From contig CATNEN010000003.1 of NCBI GenBank assembly GCA_950097015.1, positions 16,075,781-16,139,780 of the forward strand: a DNA stretch of 64,000 bases. Direction: 5' to 3'. The stretch comes from Macrostomum hystrix (Eukaryota > Animalia > Platyhelminthes). Under the pieces are notes generated by a model. That model did not search any database. It was not told where the DNA came from and was given only the letters and a program-made list of their open reading frames with translations. The translations under genes were made by a program, and so were the position numbers. Shown here piece after piece: positions 1 to 11,313 of the stretch (the stretch's first letter is position 1; the number at the start of each line of letters is the position of its first letter).

Positions 1-146
1 ATTGTGTAGGGCATTTAAAAGTTGTGTATAGCTCTCAGTCTTTTGAAAAAAATTGAACTCCCATTCTCTTGAGCAGAATTTGAAAGAGCTTATTACTTTA
101 AAGATTACTTTGAAGATTCGAACCAGCGAACCCACTCGACACTCAC

Positions 147-375
147 AAGTAGCCAGTAGTACAATCTGTTTTGTCTGCCTCTCGCCGAATCCGTTAAACA
201 CTTCGCAGCGGAAGTTAACAATCGGCTCTCTCGGCAATGTCTCGTGGAATTCCACCGCGTGGCCAACTGTGAGATTTGTGCGATTCTCTCGGCCGCTGAT
301 GCTCACTACGAAGCCGGGCTCCGGCGTGGCCTTTGGCGTCTCGCATTGGATTTTAATGCTGGTGCCAGCCGCCAG
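147..375 (-). CDS. Ig gene exon B3
   Basis: 229 bp, near-identical to B2, GTGAGT donor at 146-141. Confidence 0.75.
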
Positions 376-3300
376 CTGGCAGATAAGACAGGTGGGGAGG
401 TGGGGGAAACTCATCATTTGGTGTCAGCCGCCAGCTGGCAGATAAGTCAGGTTGGGAGCTGGGGCAAACTCATCATTTGGTGTCAGCCGCCAGCTGGCAG
501 ATAAGACAGGTGAGGAGCTGGGAGAAACTCATCATTTGGTGTCAGCCGCCAGCTGGCAGATAAGACAGGTGGGTAAGAGTATCTGAGTTTGATGGTGTCA
601 GTACATCTGTCCTGACTATCTTTAGGCAGTGAAACCACACTCACATTGTGCCTTGTATGTAACAGGAGTAAAGTCGGGACAGGGGGTAAGATATGAAGAT
701 GAGGGGGTGGAAAGTGATACAAACAGCTAGTCAATCAGAGACGAGGGAGAGGAGAGTGAAGTAAGGGTTAGCTAAGAAGTTGAACACATATAGGGATAGA
801 GAAAGCAGATGGAGCGAGCGAGTGTAAACTAACACAGAGCAAAGGGGGAAGTAATAACAGGTATCACACAAGCTCATTAATTTATCTCACCTCAGTTCCG
901 TTGGCAATCGCAATGCTAGTTTCCTTGTTGAGAATGCGGAATTCGCTTATTGGTGGAGTTTTATCGCCAACAGTTAGACGGACGTGCGAGGAGTTTTGGA
1001 TAAATCTCCAGCTGCGGCCAAAATGCTCCACCTTGCAATAGTAATCTCCGTGCATGGTGTCTCGCTGTGCCAGGACGTCTTTGATAATCAAAGAATCGCA
1101 TGTAGTTTCGTTTGTGTTGCATGCAGATAAATTACAATACTTGAAGATAAATTTCTTTTTCTGACAATTGTACTGAACATCAGCAACTTTCTTCGTTCCA
1201 AGCATCAGAGTGTAGTAGACACCAATTGAATTGGTGTTTGGTGCCAGACCAGAGCAGTTGAAGCTAACTCGATCGTCAGTGACGGCTAAACTTGGCTCCA
1301 CCTTCAATGTCACTAGCGTTTTTTTAGCTGCAAATTTTGATTAAAAACCGAAGGAAAATTAGAATAACAGAGCGAAACTCCTTTTGGGGATAAAACTCTC
1401 ATCGCCCGAATTCCACAAATTATACTTAAACGATGCTAAGTGAACCCCCTGATCCTTAAATCAGGTGAACTCAATTTGACGACGACGATTTTTCAGGCCT
1501 GCCCTATTTGTAAGCACATTACCGCCAAGTCAGAGGTACAATGTGTTAACAAACTACATTTAAACTGCACGCCTCCATCCAACAAGTAAACTGTAAATTG
1601 TCATTTATCAAATCTAACTGACCCTCCTTAGTAGTAGCACATTACACTCCGCCCAGTCAGGGTGTGAATTTCAATAAATAAAAACCAACAGCCCAGTTCC
1701 GCTCCGCCCAGGGAGCGCTCATTCTCTTCATTAACAAAATCAGAACCCTCCGTCTAGACTGACTGCCAACAACCTCCGCCCACAATACACTCCGATGTGC
1801 GAACAATGTGCGAAATCAGAGAGGCGGCCCTCTTTATCCTTGGCAGTCTCGCCGAGGCACTGTACACAGTTGAAACTGTACACAGAGGGAGATCAGAGAA
1901 TATAATACTGTAGAGATGTATTTCATAGAATACTGAATTATATCGCTATTTCACGAGAACCCAATGCTTTTTTACAATTGCCAGGCGGTAGAAATTTTAT
2001 TATGTAAGTTTAATTCAAGTATTGTGGCGAGTTGAGCCACGTAAAGGCGCACGAGGTAAAGGTCTTAAGTCTTAGCGGTGTACACTGGGCAGCCAGTCAA
2101 CGCACAGCGTTCATGCACATAGCGCCGGCCTTCCTGGCCGGGGTTGGGGTGGCTGCCGGAGCGCGCACGCGTGTGTGGCGCGATCGCCACAATATAATAT
2201 TTAATTTTCTTGATATAAAGTACGAAACAAGTCTAAATTATTTTATTTCTAGCGACTAAGTGAAAAATTTAACTGTCGAAAATTAACTTACAAACATGTG
2301 ATTTTTTTATTCTAGTAAATCATTTTGAAGAAAAAAAGAAGAAAGTAAATGACAGTTTGATTAAAATAAATTTATAGTTTCAAACAATTGCTTTTGAAAG
2401 CATATGTTTTAACAAAAACATATGTTTTCATGTGTTTCACATTAAACATATGTTTTTACAAATAAAGGGAAAAATGAAGGGATAAATGAAAGACTGGATG
2501 AATGGATAAATGAAGGAATGGATGAAGGGATAAATGAAGGAATGGATGAATGGATAAATAAAGGAACAAATAATGGGATAAATGAAAGACTGGATGAATG
2601 GAGATAAATTAAGGAATGGAAGGAACAAATGAAGGGATAAACGCAGATATGGAGGAAGAAATAGATAAGGTACAGGTTATAAGAAATACAATAAGATCAG
2701 TTCTGAACTCACAAACTAGAGCCACAGAGGCCTTGTACGGTGTAGCCATATTGCTGACGTGACACTGGAAATTCAACTTGGCGTCCTTGATCTCAGCAGC
2801 CTTGTCGCTGAGTTTAACATAGGCGTGCGACATGCCAAATGTCTCCCTGTACTTCGGATATCCTTCCTGTAGCAGGGCGGTGTCAAAGTCGGTAATTCTT
2901 AAAGGCATGCTAGGATTATTCCTAGCCGAACAGATGGGCACTTCGTCGGTGGTTTGAATCAGAATTTCGGTCGGTATTGTCATCTCGCTGTGGATGGCTG
3001 GATCTGAAAATAAAATCATCGTAGGATAAGATTTTGCACTGTGCGAAATCAAGCATTTTTAGTGCTGTCTACAAGTATCTAGTACAGTTTCAGTACAGAA
3101 TTTCAAAGTAGTTGAATCTAGTGCAGTCTAGCGAGAATCGACTGCAGTCCAGCAACAATTTAATGCAGTTTAGCAATAATCGAATGCATTACCTGTATAT
3201 TAACTGACTTTTATTAGCTTCAGATTCTATCACATGTAATCTTTATTACGTGAATATTTTAATAGCGACCTGAAACATTCTGAAGATACTGCATAAAGAT

Positions 3301-6300
3301 ACTAGAACTAAAGTATAATATTCCCTTAACAAAAAGCCGAGCTGCAACTATTGTGTAGGGCATTTAAAAGCTGTGTACTATCTATCTATCTATCTATATG
3401 CAGGGGGGCCCGGGGCACTTGTCGCACAAGCGACGGAGTGGCACGCCCCCAGACCGGCGAACTAGGCGCTTTTGCGCCCATCGCGCCGCCTCCCCTGAGC
3501 AGGCACCACACACAACAGCACAGACCCAGCCGGGGAGGGCAGGAGGCACCCAGAATAGGCAGCAGTGTCCCCCACCCCAGACCCCACAACACAGACCAGA
3601 CCAAGCTGCCAGGGCGGAAGGCTGAAAAGAAATCAGTCCTCAGGGGAGGCCGTGTGATGGGTGTACACTATCCAATCGCGCTGACGGAAGTCCAGAAAGC
3701 GTGCGGCGGTGTACACCCGCCCTCCAGCCACCCCCGCAAGGTCTCACGCCCCAGCGTCAACGCACACAACTCACACAATGCAGAACAGGCACACAGAAGG
3801 TAGGAGCGAAGCTATTATTTCAAGCTTTGATTGCACGAAATATGGTGCACCTCCGCCGGTCGCTACTGTCCAAACCCTCCCAACAAGTCCCGAAATTAAT
3901 CGTGACTTGAAGGGTGAATCATACTAGCGTCCTTTGGAGTGCGAGGCAGCGACGTTAGCCGCTGACCCACTCGACCCTAAAGATTTGTACAGCTTCTGTT
4001 GAAAAAAATTGAAATCCAAACCTCTTGGTCAGAATTTGAAAGAGCTTATTACTTTGACTTGAAGATTCGAACCAACGACCCCACTCGACACTCACAAGCA
4101 GCCACTAGTAAAATCTGTTTTGTCTGCCTCTCGCCGAATCCGTTAAACACTTCGCAGCGGAAGTTAACAATCGGCTCTCTCGGCAATGTCTCGTGGAATT
4201 CCACCGCGTGGCCAACTGTGAGATTTGTGCGATTCTCTCGGCCGCTGATGCTCACTACGAAGCCGGGCTCCGGCGTGGCCTTTGGCGTCTCGCATTGGAT
4301 TTTAATGCTGGTGCCAGCCGCCAGCTGGCAGATAAGACAGGTGGGGAGGTGGGGGAAACTCATCATTTGGTGTCAGCCGCCAGCTGGCAGATAAGTCAGG
4401 TTGGGAGCTGGGGCAAACTCATCATTTGGTGTCAGCCGCCAGCTGGCAGATAAGACAGGTGAGGAGCTGGGAGAAACTCATCATTTGGTGTCAGCCGCCA
4501 GCTGGCAGATAAGACAGGTGGGTAAGAGTATCTGAGTTTGATGGTGTCAGTACATCTGTCCTGACTATCTTTAGGCAGTGAAACCACACTCACATTGTGC
4601 CTTGTATGTAACAGGAGTAAAGTCGGGACAGGGGGTAAGATATGAAGATGAGGGGGTGGAAAGTGATACAAACAGCTAGCCAATCAGAGACGAGGGAGAG
4701 GAGAGAGAAGTAAGGGTTAGCTAAGAAGTTGAACACATATAGGGATAGAGAATTAAAGCAGATGGAGCGAGCGAGTGTAAACTAACACAGAGCAAAGGGG
4801 CAAGTAATAACAGGTATCACACAAGCTCATTAATTTATCTCACCTCAGTTCCGTTGGCAATCTCAATGCTAGTTTCCATGCTGAGAATGCGGAATTCGCT
4901 TATCGGTGGAGTTTTATCGTCAACAGTTAGACGGACGTGCGAGGAGTTTTGGATAAATCTCCAGCTGCGGCCAAAATGCTCCACCTTGCAATAGTAATCT
5001 CCGTGCATGGTGTCTCGCTGTGCCAGGACGTCTTTGATAATCAAAGAATCGCATGTAGTTTCGTTTGTGTTGCATGCAGATAAATTACAATACTTGAAGA
5101 TAAATTTCTTTTTCTGACAATTGTACTGAACATCAGCAACTTTCTTCGTTCCAAGCATCAGAGTGTAGTAGACACCAATTGAATTGGTGTTTGGTGCCAG
5201 ACCAGAGCAGTTGAAGCTAACTCGATCGTCAGTGACGGCTAAACTTGGCTCCACCTTCAATGTCACTAGCGTTTTTTTAGCTGCAAATTTTGATTAAAAA
5301 CCGAAGGAAAATTAGAATAACAGAGCGAAACTCCTTTTGGGGATAAAACTCTCATCGCCCGAATTCCACAAATTATACTTAAACGATGCTAAGTGAACCC
5401 CCTGATCCTTAAATCAGGTGAACTCAATTTGACGACGACGATTTTTCAGGCCTGCCCTATTTGTAAGCACATTACCGCCAAGTCAGAGGTACAATGTGTT
5501 AACAAACTACATTTAAACTGCACGCCTCCATCCAACAAGTAAACTGTAAATTGTCATTTATCAAATCTAACTGACCCTCCTTAGTAGTAGCACATTACAC
5601 TCTCCGCCCAGTCAGGGTGTGAATTTCAATAAATAAAATCGAACAGCCCAGTTCCTCTCCGCCCAGGGAGCGCTCATTCTCTTCATTAACAAAATCAGAA
5701 CCCTCCGTCTAGACTGACTGCCAGCAACCTCCGCCCACAATACACTCCGATGTGCGAACAATGTGCGAAATCAGAGAGGCGGCCCTCTTTATCCTTGGCA
5801 GTCTCGCCGAGGCACTGTACACTGTTGAAAACAATTTAAGTCAGTCTATGAACAAGTGAATCAGTTTTAATTGACTGACAATGTTTTCTATCAGCCAAAT
5901 ATATAGCATATTGGATGTCTTTTTAATGCATCATAAGTACCGAATTTAACTGTTAAATAATTTACATGCATCAAATTTTAATTACAGAAATGCATTTGTT
6001 TTTAACAGATAATATTGCTAATTCTCTTTAAATGATAAATCCCAACATCACACAAGGAAATTCAAACATTCTTTCATCCCATCTCAATCCTAAGATTTAA
6101 TATACATTTTTAATATACAAGTTTTTTGTCTAAGGTTGTAATAAACATCATCAGCACAGCTGGCTTTTTCTTTAGTCTTGCAGCATCAGCAGCAGCAGCG
6201 GGCAGTTAAAAGTTAATTGCAAAACCTCAGCTGTTAGTATTTAGGCTAGCTGCATGGTATAGTGTGTTGTGCAGCTAATATACAGTACACAACAGTCCTA

Positions 6301-9300
6301 CTTCCTCCAACCCCAATTCCTATCCTCCCTGTACCACTCATTCTTTTCCTTTACCTTGATTCTAGATATTCACCGCACGCAAACCCTTATTAAAAGTCCT
6401 TCTCTATCATGCAACAGAAGCAGTGCCAGCAGTACTAAACTGGTATGCACATGTACCACAAGCTGATACTGCCTATAATAATTTAGAATTGTAGTGATTA
6501 TATTGACTTGATTGCAGCTGAGGTTAGATGAGTAAGTTCGGGGTGAGATTAGATCAGTTAGTCAAGGGTGAGATTAGATCAGTTAGTCAAGGGTGAGATT
6601 AGATCAGTTAGTCAAGGGTGAGATTAGATCAGTTATAGTCAAGGGGGTCTAGGGGGAGATTAGATCTGTTAGTCTAGGGGGGAGATTAGATCAGTCATTT
6701 AATGGTGAGATTAGATCAGTTAGTCAAGGGTGAGATTAGATCAGTTAGTCAAGGGTGAGATTAGATCAGTTAGTCAAGGGTGAGATTAGATCAGTCAGTC
6801 TAAGGTAAGATCAGATCAGTTAGTCAAGGGTGAGATTAGATCAGTAAGTTTCGGGTGAGATTAGACCAGTCATTTAAGGGTGAGATTAGGTCAGTCAGTC
6901 TAAGGTAAGATCAGATCAGTTAGTCAAGGGTGAGATTATATCTGTTAGTCTAGGGGCGAGATTAGATCAGTTAGTCAAGGGTGAGATTAGATCAGTTAGT
7001 CAAGGGTGAGATTAGATATGTTAAAAGTAATATTATAACTAACATGTTTAGTTGATAACAGTGCTGTGAGTTTCGATATTAATTTTTATTAATCTTAAGC
7101 AGAAGAGAATCCATTATGTGTATAAATCTTTAACGAGTACATAAATACCCTGCTAAGAATGAATATATTTGAAACTATTTCCACCTATTGAATTCAGATT
7201 CTCTTTTATTCATATCTGCAAATCTTCGTATCATAAGATAGAGTTGACATTTGGAAAAGAGAAATGAGTTTCAGGAAATAATTCCTAAGACAAATGGTTT
7301 TTTATGTATTGTTCTTGACAACTGAAGGATTTATAAATGTTCGAAAATGTTCGCTAGCAGTGAACGTGTCAATCTCACAATTTATTCTCATTCTAAAGAA
7401 TTGATTCCCTTAGGGAGAATAGGAGCCACATAAGCCATATGAGGCATGCAGATGAAGCGTAGAAGCTGGGAAGAGGGAAAATCGATAAAACCGGGATGCT
7501 TTTGGTGGGCTCGGTGGAAAAGACCAGATGGGAGACAGAATTGAAGGCATAGATCAGTGTTACAAAAGTGCAGGCTGCCCACAATAAGAAGGATAGCTCA
7601 GGCTGACTGCTCAGAATATCATTATTTCAGCATTCATCAGATGTCAGAGAGGGATATCAGAGAACAGAATACTGGAAAAGGAAAAGGGATAATTGAAAGG
7701 ATAGTCGAAGGAATATGGGAATAGAAAAAAGGAAAAAATAAAGAAACATATGATAAATGAAGGAATGGACGAAGGGATAACTGAAGAAATGGATGAAGAG
7801 ATAAATGAAGGAATGGATGAAGGGATAAATGAAGGAATGGATGAAGGGATAAATGAAGGAATGGATGAAGGGATAAATGAAGGAATGGATGAAGGGATAA
7901 ATGAAGGAATGGATGAAGGGATAAATGAAGGAATGGATGAAGGGATAAATGAAGGAATGGATGAAGGGATAAATGAAGGAATGGATGAATGGATAAATAA
8001 AGGAACAGATAATGGGATAAATGAAAGACTGGATGAATGGAGATAAATTAAGGAATGGAAGGAACAAATGAAGGGATAAACGCAGATATGGAGGAAGAAA
8101 TAGATAAGGTACAGGTTATAAGAAATACAATAAGATCAGTTCTGAACTCACAAACTAGAGCCACAGAGGCCTTGTACGGTGTAGCCATATTGCTGACGTG
8201 ACACTGGAAATTCAACTTGGCGTCCTTGATCTCAGCAGCCTTGTCGCTGAGTTTAACATAGGCGTGCGACATGCCAAGTGTCTCCCTGTACTTCGGATAT
8301 CCTTCCTGTAGCAGGGCGGTGTCAAAGTCGGTAATTCTTAAAGGCATGCTAGGATTATTCCTAGCCGAACAGATGGGCACTTCGTCGGTGGTTTGAATCA
8401 GAATTTCGGTCGGTATTGTCATCTCGCTGTGGATGGCTGGATCTGAAAATAAAATCATCGTAGGATAAGATTTTGCACTGTGCGAAATCAAGCATTTTTA
8501 GTGCTGTCTACAAGTATCAAGTACAGTTTCAGTACAGAATTTCAAAGTAGTTGAATCTAGTGCAGTCTAGCGAGAATCAACTGCAGTCTAGCAAGAATCT
8601 ATTGCAGTCTAGCAAGAATCTAATGCAGTCTAGCAAGAATCTAATGCAGTCTAGCAAGAATCTATTGCAGTCTAGCAAGAATCTATTGCAGTCTAGCAAG
8701 AATCTACCGCAGTTTAGCAAGAATCTACCGCAGTCTAGCAAGAATCTATTGCAGTCTAGCAATAATCTATCGCATTACCTGTACCTGTATATTACCTGAC
8801 TATTATTAGCTTCAGATTCTATCACATGTCATCTTTATTACATTACATTATTACATACTTGGCCTGAGAATCGAACTCCCAACCACTTGGTGAGAATTTG
8901 AAAGAGCTTATTACTTTAACTTGAAGATTCGAACCAGCGACCCCACTCGACACTTACAAGTAGCCAGTAGTACAATCTGTTTTGTCTGCCTCTCGCCGAA
9001 TCCGTTAAACACTTCGCATCGGAAGTTAACAATCGGCTCTCTTGGCAATGTCTCGTGGAATTCCACCGCGTGGCCAACTGTGAGATTTGTGCGATTCTCT
9101 CGGCCGCTGATGCTCACTACGAAGCCGGGCTCTGGTGTGACCTTTGGCGTCTCGCATTGGATTTTAATGCTGGTGTTAGCCGCATGCTGGCAGATAAGAC
9201 AGGTGGGGAGGTGGGGGAAACTCATCATTTGGTGTTAGCCGCCAGCTGGCAGATAAGTCAGGTTGGGAGCTGGGGCAAACTCATCATTTGGTGTCAGCCG

Positions 9301-10353
9301 CCAGCTGGCAGATAAGACAGGTGGGTAAGAGTATCTGAGTTTGATGGTGTCAGTACATCTGTCCTGACTATCTTTAGGCAGTGAAACCACACTCACATTG
9401 TGCCTTGTATGTAACAGGAGTAAAGTCGGGACAGGGGGTAAGATATGAAGATGAGGGGGTGGAAAGTGATACAAACAGCTAGCCAATCAGAGACGAGGGA
9501 GAGGAGAGAGAAGTAAGGGTTAGCTAAGAAGTTGAACACATATAGGGATAGAGAATTAAAGCAGATGGAGCGAGCGAGTGTAAACTAACACAGAGCAAAG
9601 GGGCAAGTAATAACAGGTATCACACAAGCTCATTAATTTATCTCACCTCAGTTCCGTTGGCAATCGCAATGCTAGTTTCCTTGTTGAGAATGCGGAATTC
9701 GCTTATTGGTGGAGTTTTATCGCCAACAGTTAGACGGACAGGCGAGGATGTTGGAAATTGGATAATGCTATGTCTCTGGCTAAGATGCTCCACCTTGCAA
9801 TAGTAATCTCCCTGCATGGTGTCTCGCTGTGCCAAGATGTCTTTGATAATCAAAGAATCGCATGTAGTTTCATCTGTGTTGCATTCAGCTAATTTACAAT
9901 TCTTATCGATTATTCTATTTTCCTGACAATTGTACTGAACCTCAGCAAAGTTATTAGTTCCAAGCATCAGAGTGTAGTAGACAGCAACTAAATTGGTTTG
10001 AGCCGGACAAGAGCAGGTGAAGCTAACTCGACTGCCAGTGAGGGCTAAGCTTGGCTCCACCTTCAATGTCACTTGCTGACTTGAGGAGCCTAAATTTATA
10101 ACAAGTTATGATCATTAATTGATCAATAGAAAATCGAAAAATGTATACAGGCATATTCTTTTTATTATTTCACAAGCTAGAACTAAGAATATTAATTGTC
10201 TTCCTGACCATAATAAATGATATCACATTCATGATGATGAGTTCATGACATTCATTCTTTGTTATGACTGGCCAATTAATAAAAATCTGACTCACTTTTA
10301 AGTACAGCAAATGACATAACTGTCACCAAAATACACCTTGTAAGCAGAGACAT
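147..10353 (-). CDS. Multi-Ig-domain secreted/cell-surface protein, spliced, 3' end outside the window. Exons: 10353-10296 (signal peptide), 10089-9647 (A1), 9186-8958 (B1), 8442-8152 (C1), 5280-4844 (A2), 4324-4096 (B2), 3003-2713 (C2), 1327-891 (A3), 375-147 (B3)
   Basis: All exons have AG/GT boundaries and compatible phases (1,0,1,1,0,1,1,0,1). First exon gives MSLLTRCILVTVMSFAVLK, signal-peptide-like. A exons carry V-set-like VSFxC...GDYYC...VRLTV. B and C exons carry paired Cys (IQC...FRCEVFN; PIC...FQCHVSN). Joining into one transcript is inferred from phase only. Confidence 0.75.
362..573. repeat. 59-bp tandem repeat overlapping the exon B acceptor (also ~4311-4522 and ~9173-9325)
   Basis: gtcagccgccagctggcagataag recurs at 423, 482 and 541 (period 59). 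Confidence 0.9.
891..1327 (-). CDS. Ig gene exon A3 (V-like Ig domain)
   Basis: 437 bp, near-identical to A2, ORF 882..1313. Confidence 0.8.
2020..2194. mobile_element. Small GC-rich element with terminal inverted repeats (MITE or short solo LTR)
   Basis: TATTGTGGCGA (2020-2030) ... TCGCCACAATA (2184-2194) is a perfect 11-bp inverted repeat around a GC-rich core in an AT-rich intron. Confidence 0.45.
2713..3003 (-). CDS. Ig gene exon C2
   Basis: 291 bp, near-identical to C1, within ORF 2609..3052. Confidence 0.75.
3379..3985 (-). mobile_element. SINE-like retroposon insertion
   Basis: Absent from the paralogous intron at 1-60; flanked by TGTAC direct repeats (3374-3378, 3986-3990); (TAGA)n tail; minus-strand 5' end resembles a degenerate tRNA-derived head. 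Confidence 0.55.
4096..4324 (-). CDS. Ig gene exon B2
   Basis: 229 bp, within ORF 4049..4366, splice sites conserved with B1 and B3. Confidence 0.75.
4844..5280 (-). CDS. Ig gene exon A2 (V-like Ig domain)
   Basis: 437 bp, TTTGCAG acceptor, GTGAGA donor, ORF 4835..5266. Confidence 0.8.
6525..7020. repeat. 25-bp intronic minisatellite (gggtgagattagatcagttagtcaa)
   Basis: Direct inspection; copies at 6541, 6566, 6591 and onward. Confidence 0.9.
7750..8075. repeat. 24-bp intronic minisatellite (gaagggataaatgaaggaatggat); shorter copy at ~2465-2640
   Basis: Direct inspection; explains the periodic ORFs 7657..8067 and 7750..8046. Confidence 0.9.
8152..8442 (-). CDS. Ig gene exon C1
   Basis: 291 bp phase 1-1, TTTTCAG acceptor, GTGAGT donor, within ORF 8048..8491. 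Confidence 0.75.
8555..8772. repeat. 21-bp intronic minisatellite (gcagtctagcaagaatctatt)
   Basis: About 10 copies; only about 3 degenerate copies in the paralogous intron at ~3115-3185. Confidence 0.9.
8958..9186 (-). CDS. Ig gene exon B1
   Basis: 229 bp, TGCCAG acceptor, GTAAGT donor, within ORF 8911..9228. Confidence 0.75.
9647..10089 (-). CDS. Ig gene exon A1 (V-like Ig domain, divergent copy)
   Basis: ORF 9638..10072; TTTAG acceptor, GTGAGA donor; GDYYC motif. Confidence 0.8.
10296..10353 (-). CDS. Signal-peptide exon of the Ig gene
   Basis: ATG at 10353, 19 hydrophobic codons plus 1 nt, GTGAGT donor; phase 1 matches the exon starting at 10089. Confidence 0.7.
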
Positions 10354-10726
10354 GCCGAGTTGCTTGATTACGTCCTTAATTTAGTTTTTGTGATTTTTAG
10401 TACGGCTGAAAAAAGAGAAATATACAGTAGGAATGGGCAAATGCAAAATAGAAATGAAAATGACAAAATTACTCCATTAGAATTCATTCCGTAGCCTATA
10501 TTGCTTTATGGTAGCATATATTATCAGTGTCCGAGCGGCAAGACGCTTATTCTCTGTTATGGATATGATTATTTCATACGAATAACTCTATGCTGTGCAC
10601 TGGTTTAACACTTTATTTACACATTGACTTTACACAGTCTTACTCAGGCTTCCAGTGGATCGGAGGGTATCAGTTACCCACACATACAGAATACTAATCA
10701 CTCTTATATTTTTGCCTAATGCCGGG

Positions 10727-11313
10727 TCAAACTTTCAACCTCTGGGGCTGTGGGCGATCCAACCGGGCGTACGCGATGACCAGCATGTACTTCTTTATAA
10801 GTTGGACCAGCTGCTCCATGACGGCCAAGAAATTGCCACCCGGGCCATCTTTCGGCGGCTGACTGCCATTGGTCGACTGCTGCTGCTGCTGCTGCTGTGA
10901 CGGCTGTAGCGGCTGTTGCTGCAGCGGCTGCTGCGGCGGCTGCTGCTGTTGCAGCTGCTGATGCGGCTTCTGCTCAGGGTGCTGTCGTGGGCTACAGACT
11001 CGTGGGGTACATAGCCCTCGGGACCAGACTGCTCTTCCGGAAGTTTCCGCGTCATCGGCTTTGCAGCGATTGGCCGGTAAGCCGGCAGAGGGCCGAAGGC
11101 TTCTGTCCAGAGGGCTTCGGACATTGGCCAGTCGTGGCTCGGTGCGCTGGCGCAGCGGAGTCTCCGGCTGCTGCTCATTTTGCTGTTCAGCGACGATCGG
11201 CGAATCTTCCATGGCTTCTTCTGACTCACCGAACTTACAGGAGGCAGACCAATCGTAATCGCCTCTAGCATGCGGTCGAACTCCTTCGTATCAACAGCGT
11301 CAAAATTCTCCAT
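10727..11313 (-). CDS. Possible orphan Gln-rich gene or pseudogene (two overlapping frames)
   Basis: GC-rich ORFs 10795..11313 and 10727..11212; minus-strand TATAAATA near 11392-11399 and AATAAA near 10612-10617; no recognisable domain. Confidence 0.3.

Noticed and set aside
53-734. Plus-strand ORFs 53..445 and 244..504, minus ORF 483..734, and their copies near 4.0-4.7 kb and 8.9-9.5 kb
   Set aside because: Antisense shadows of exon B or intronic sequence; repeated only because the module is duplicated
7657-8799. Periodic ORFs (FIHSFIYP, GMDEGINE, QSSKNLL)
   Set aside because: Products of 24-bp and 21-bp intronic minisatellites whose copy number differs between paralogous introns
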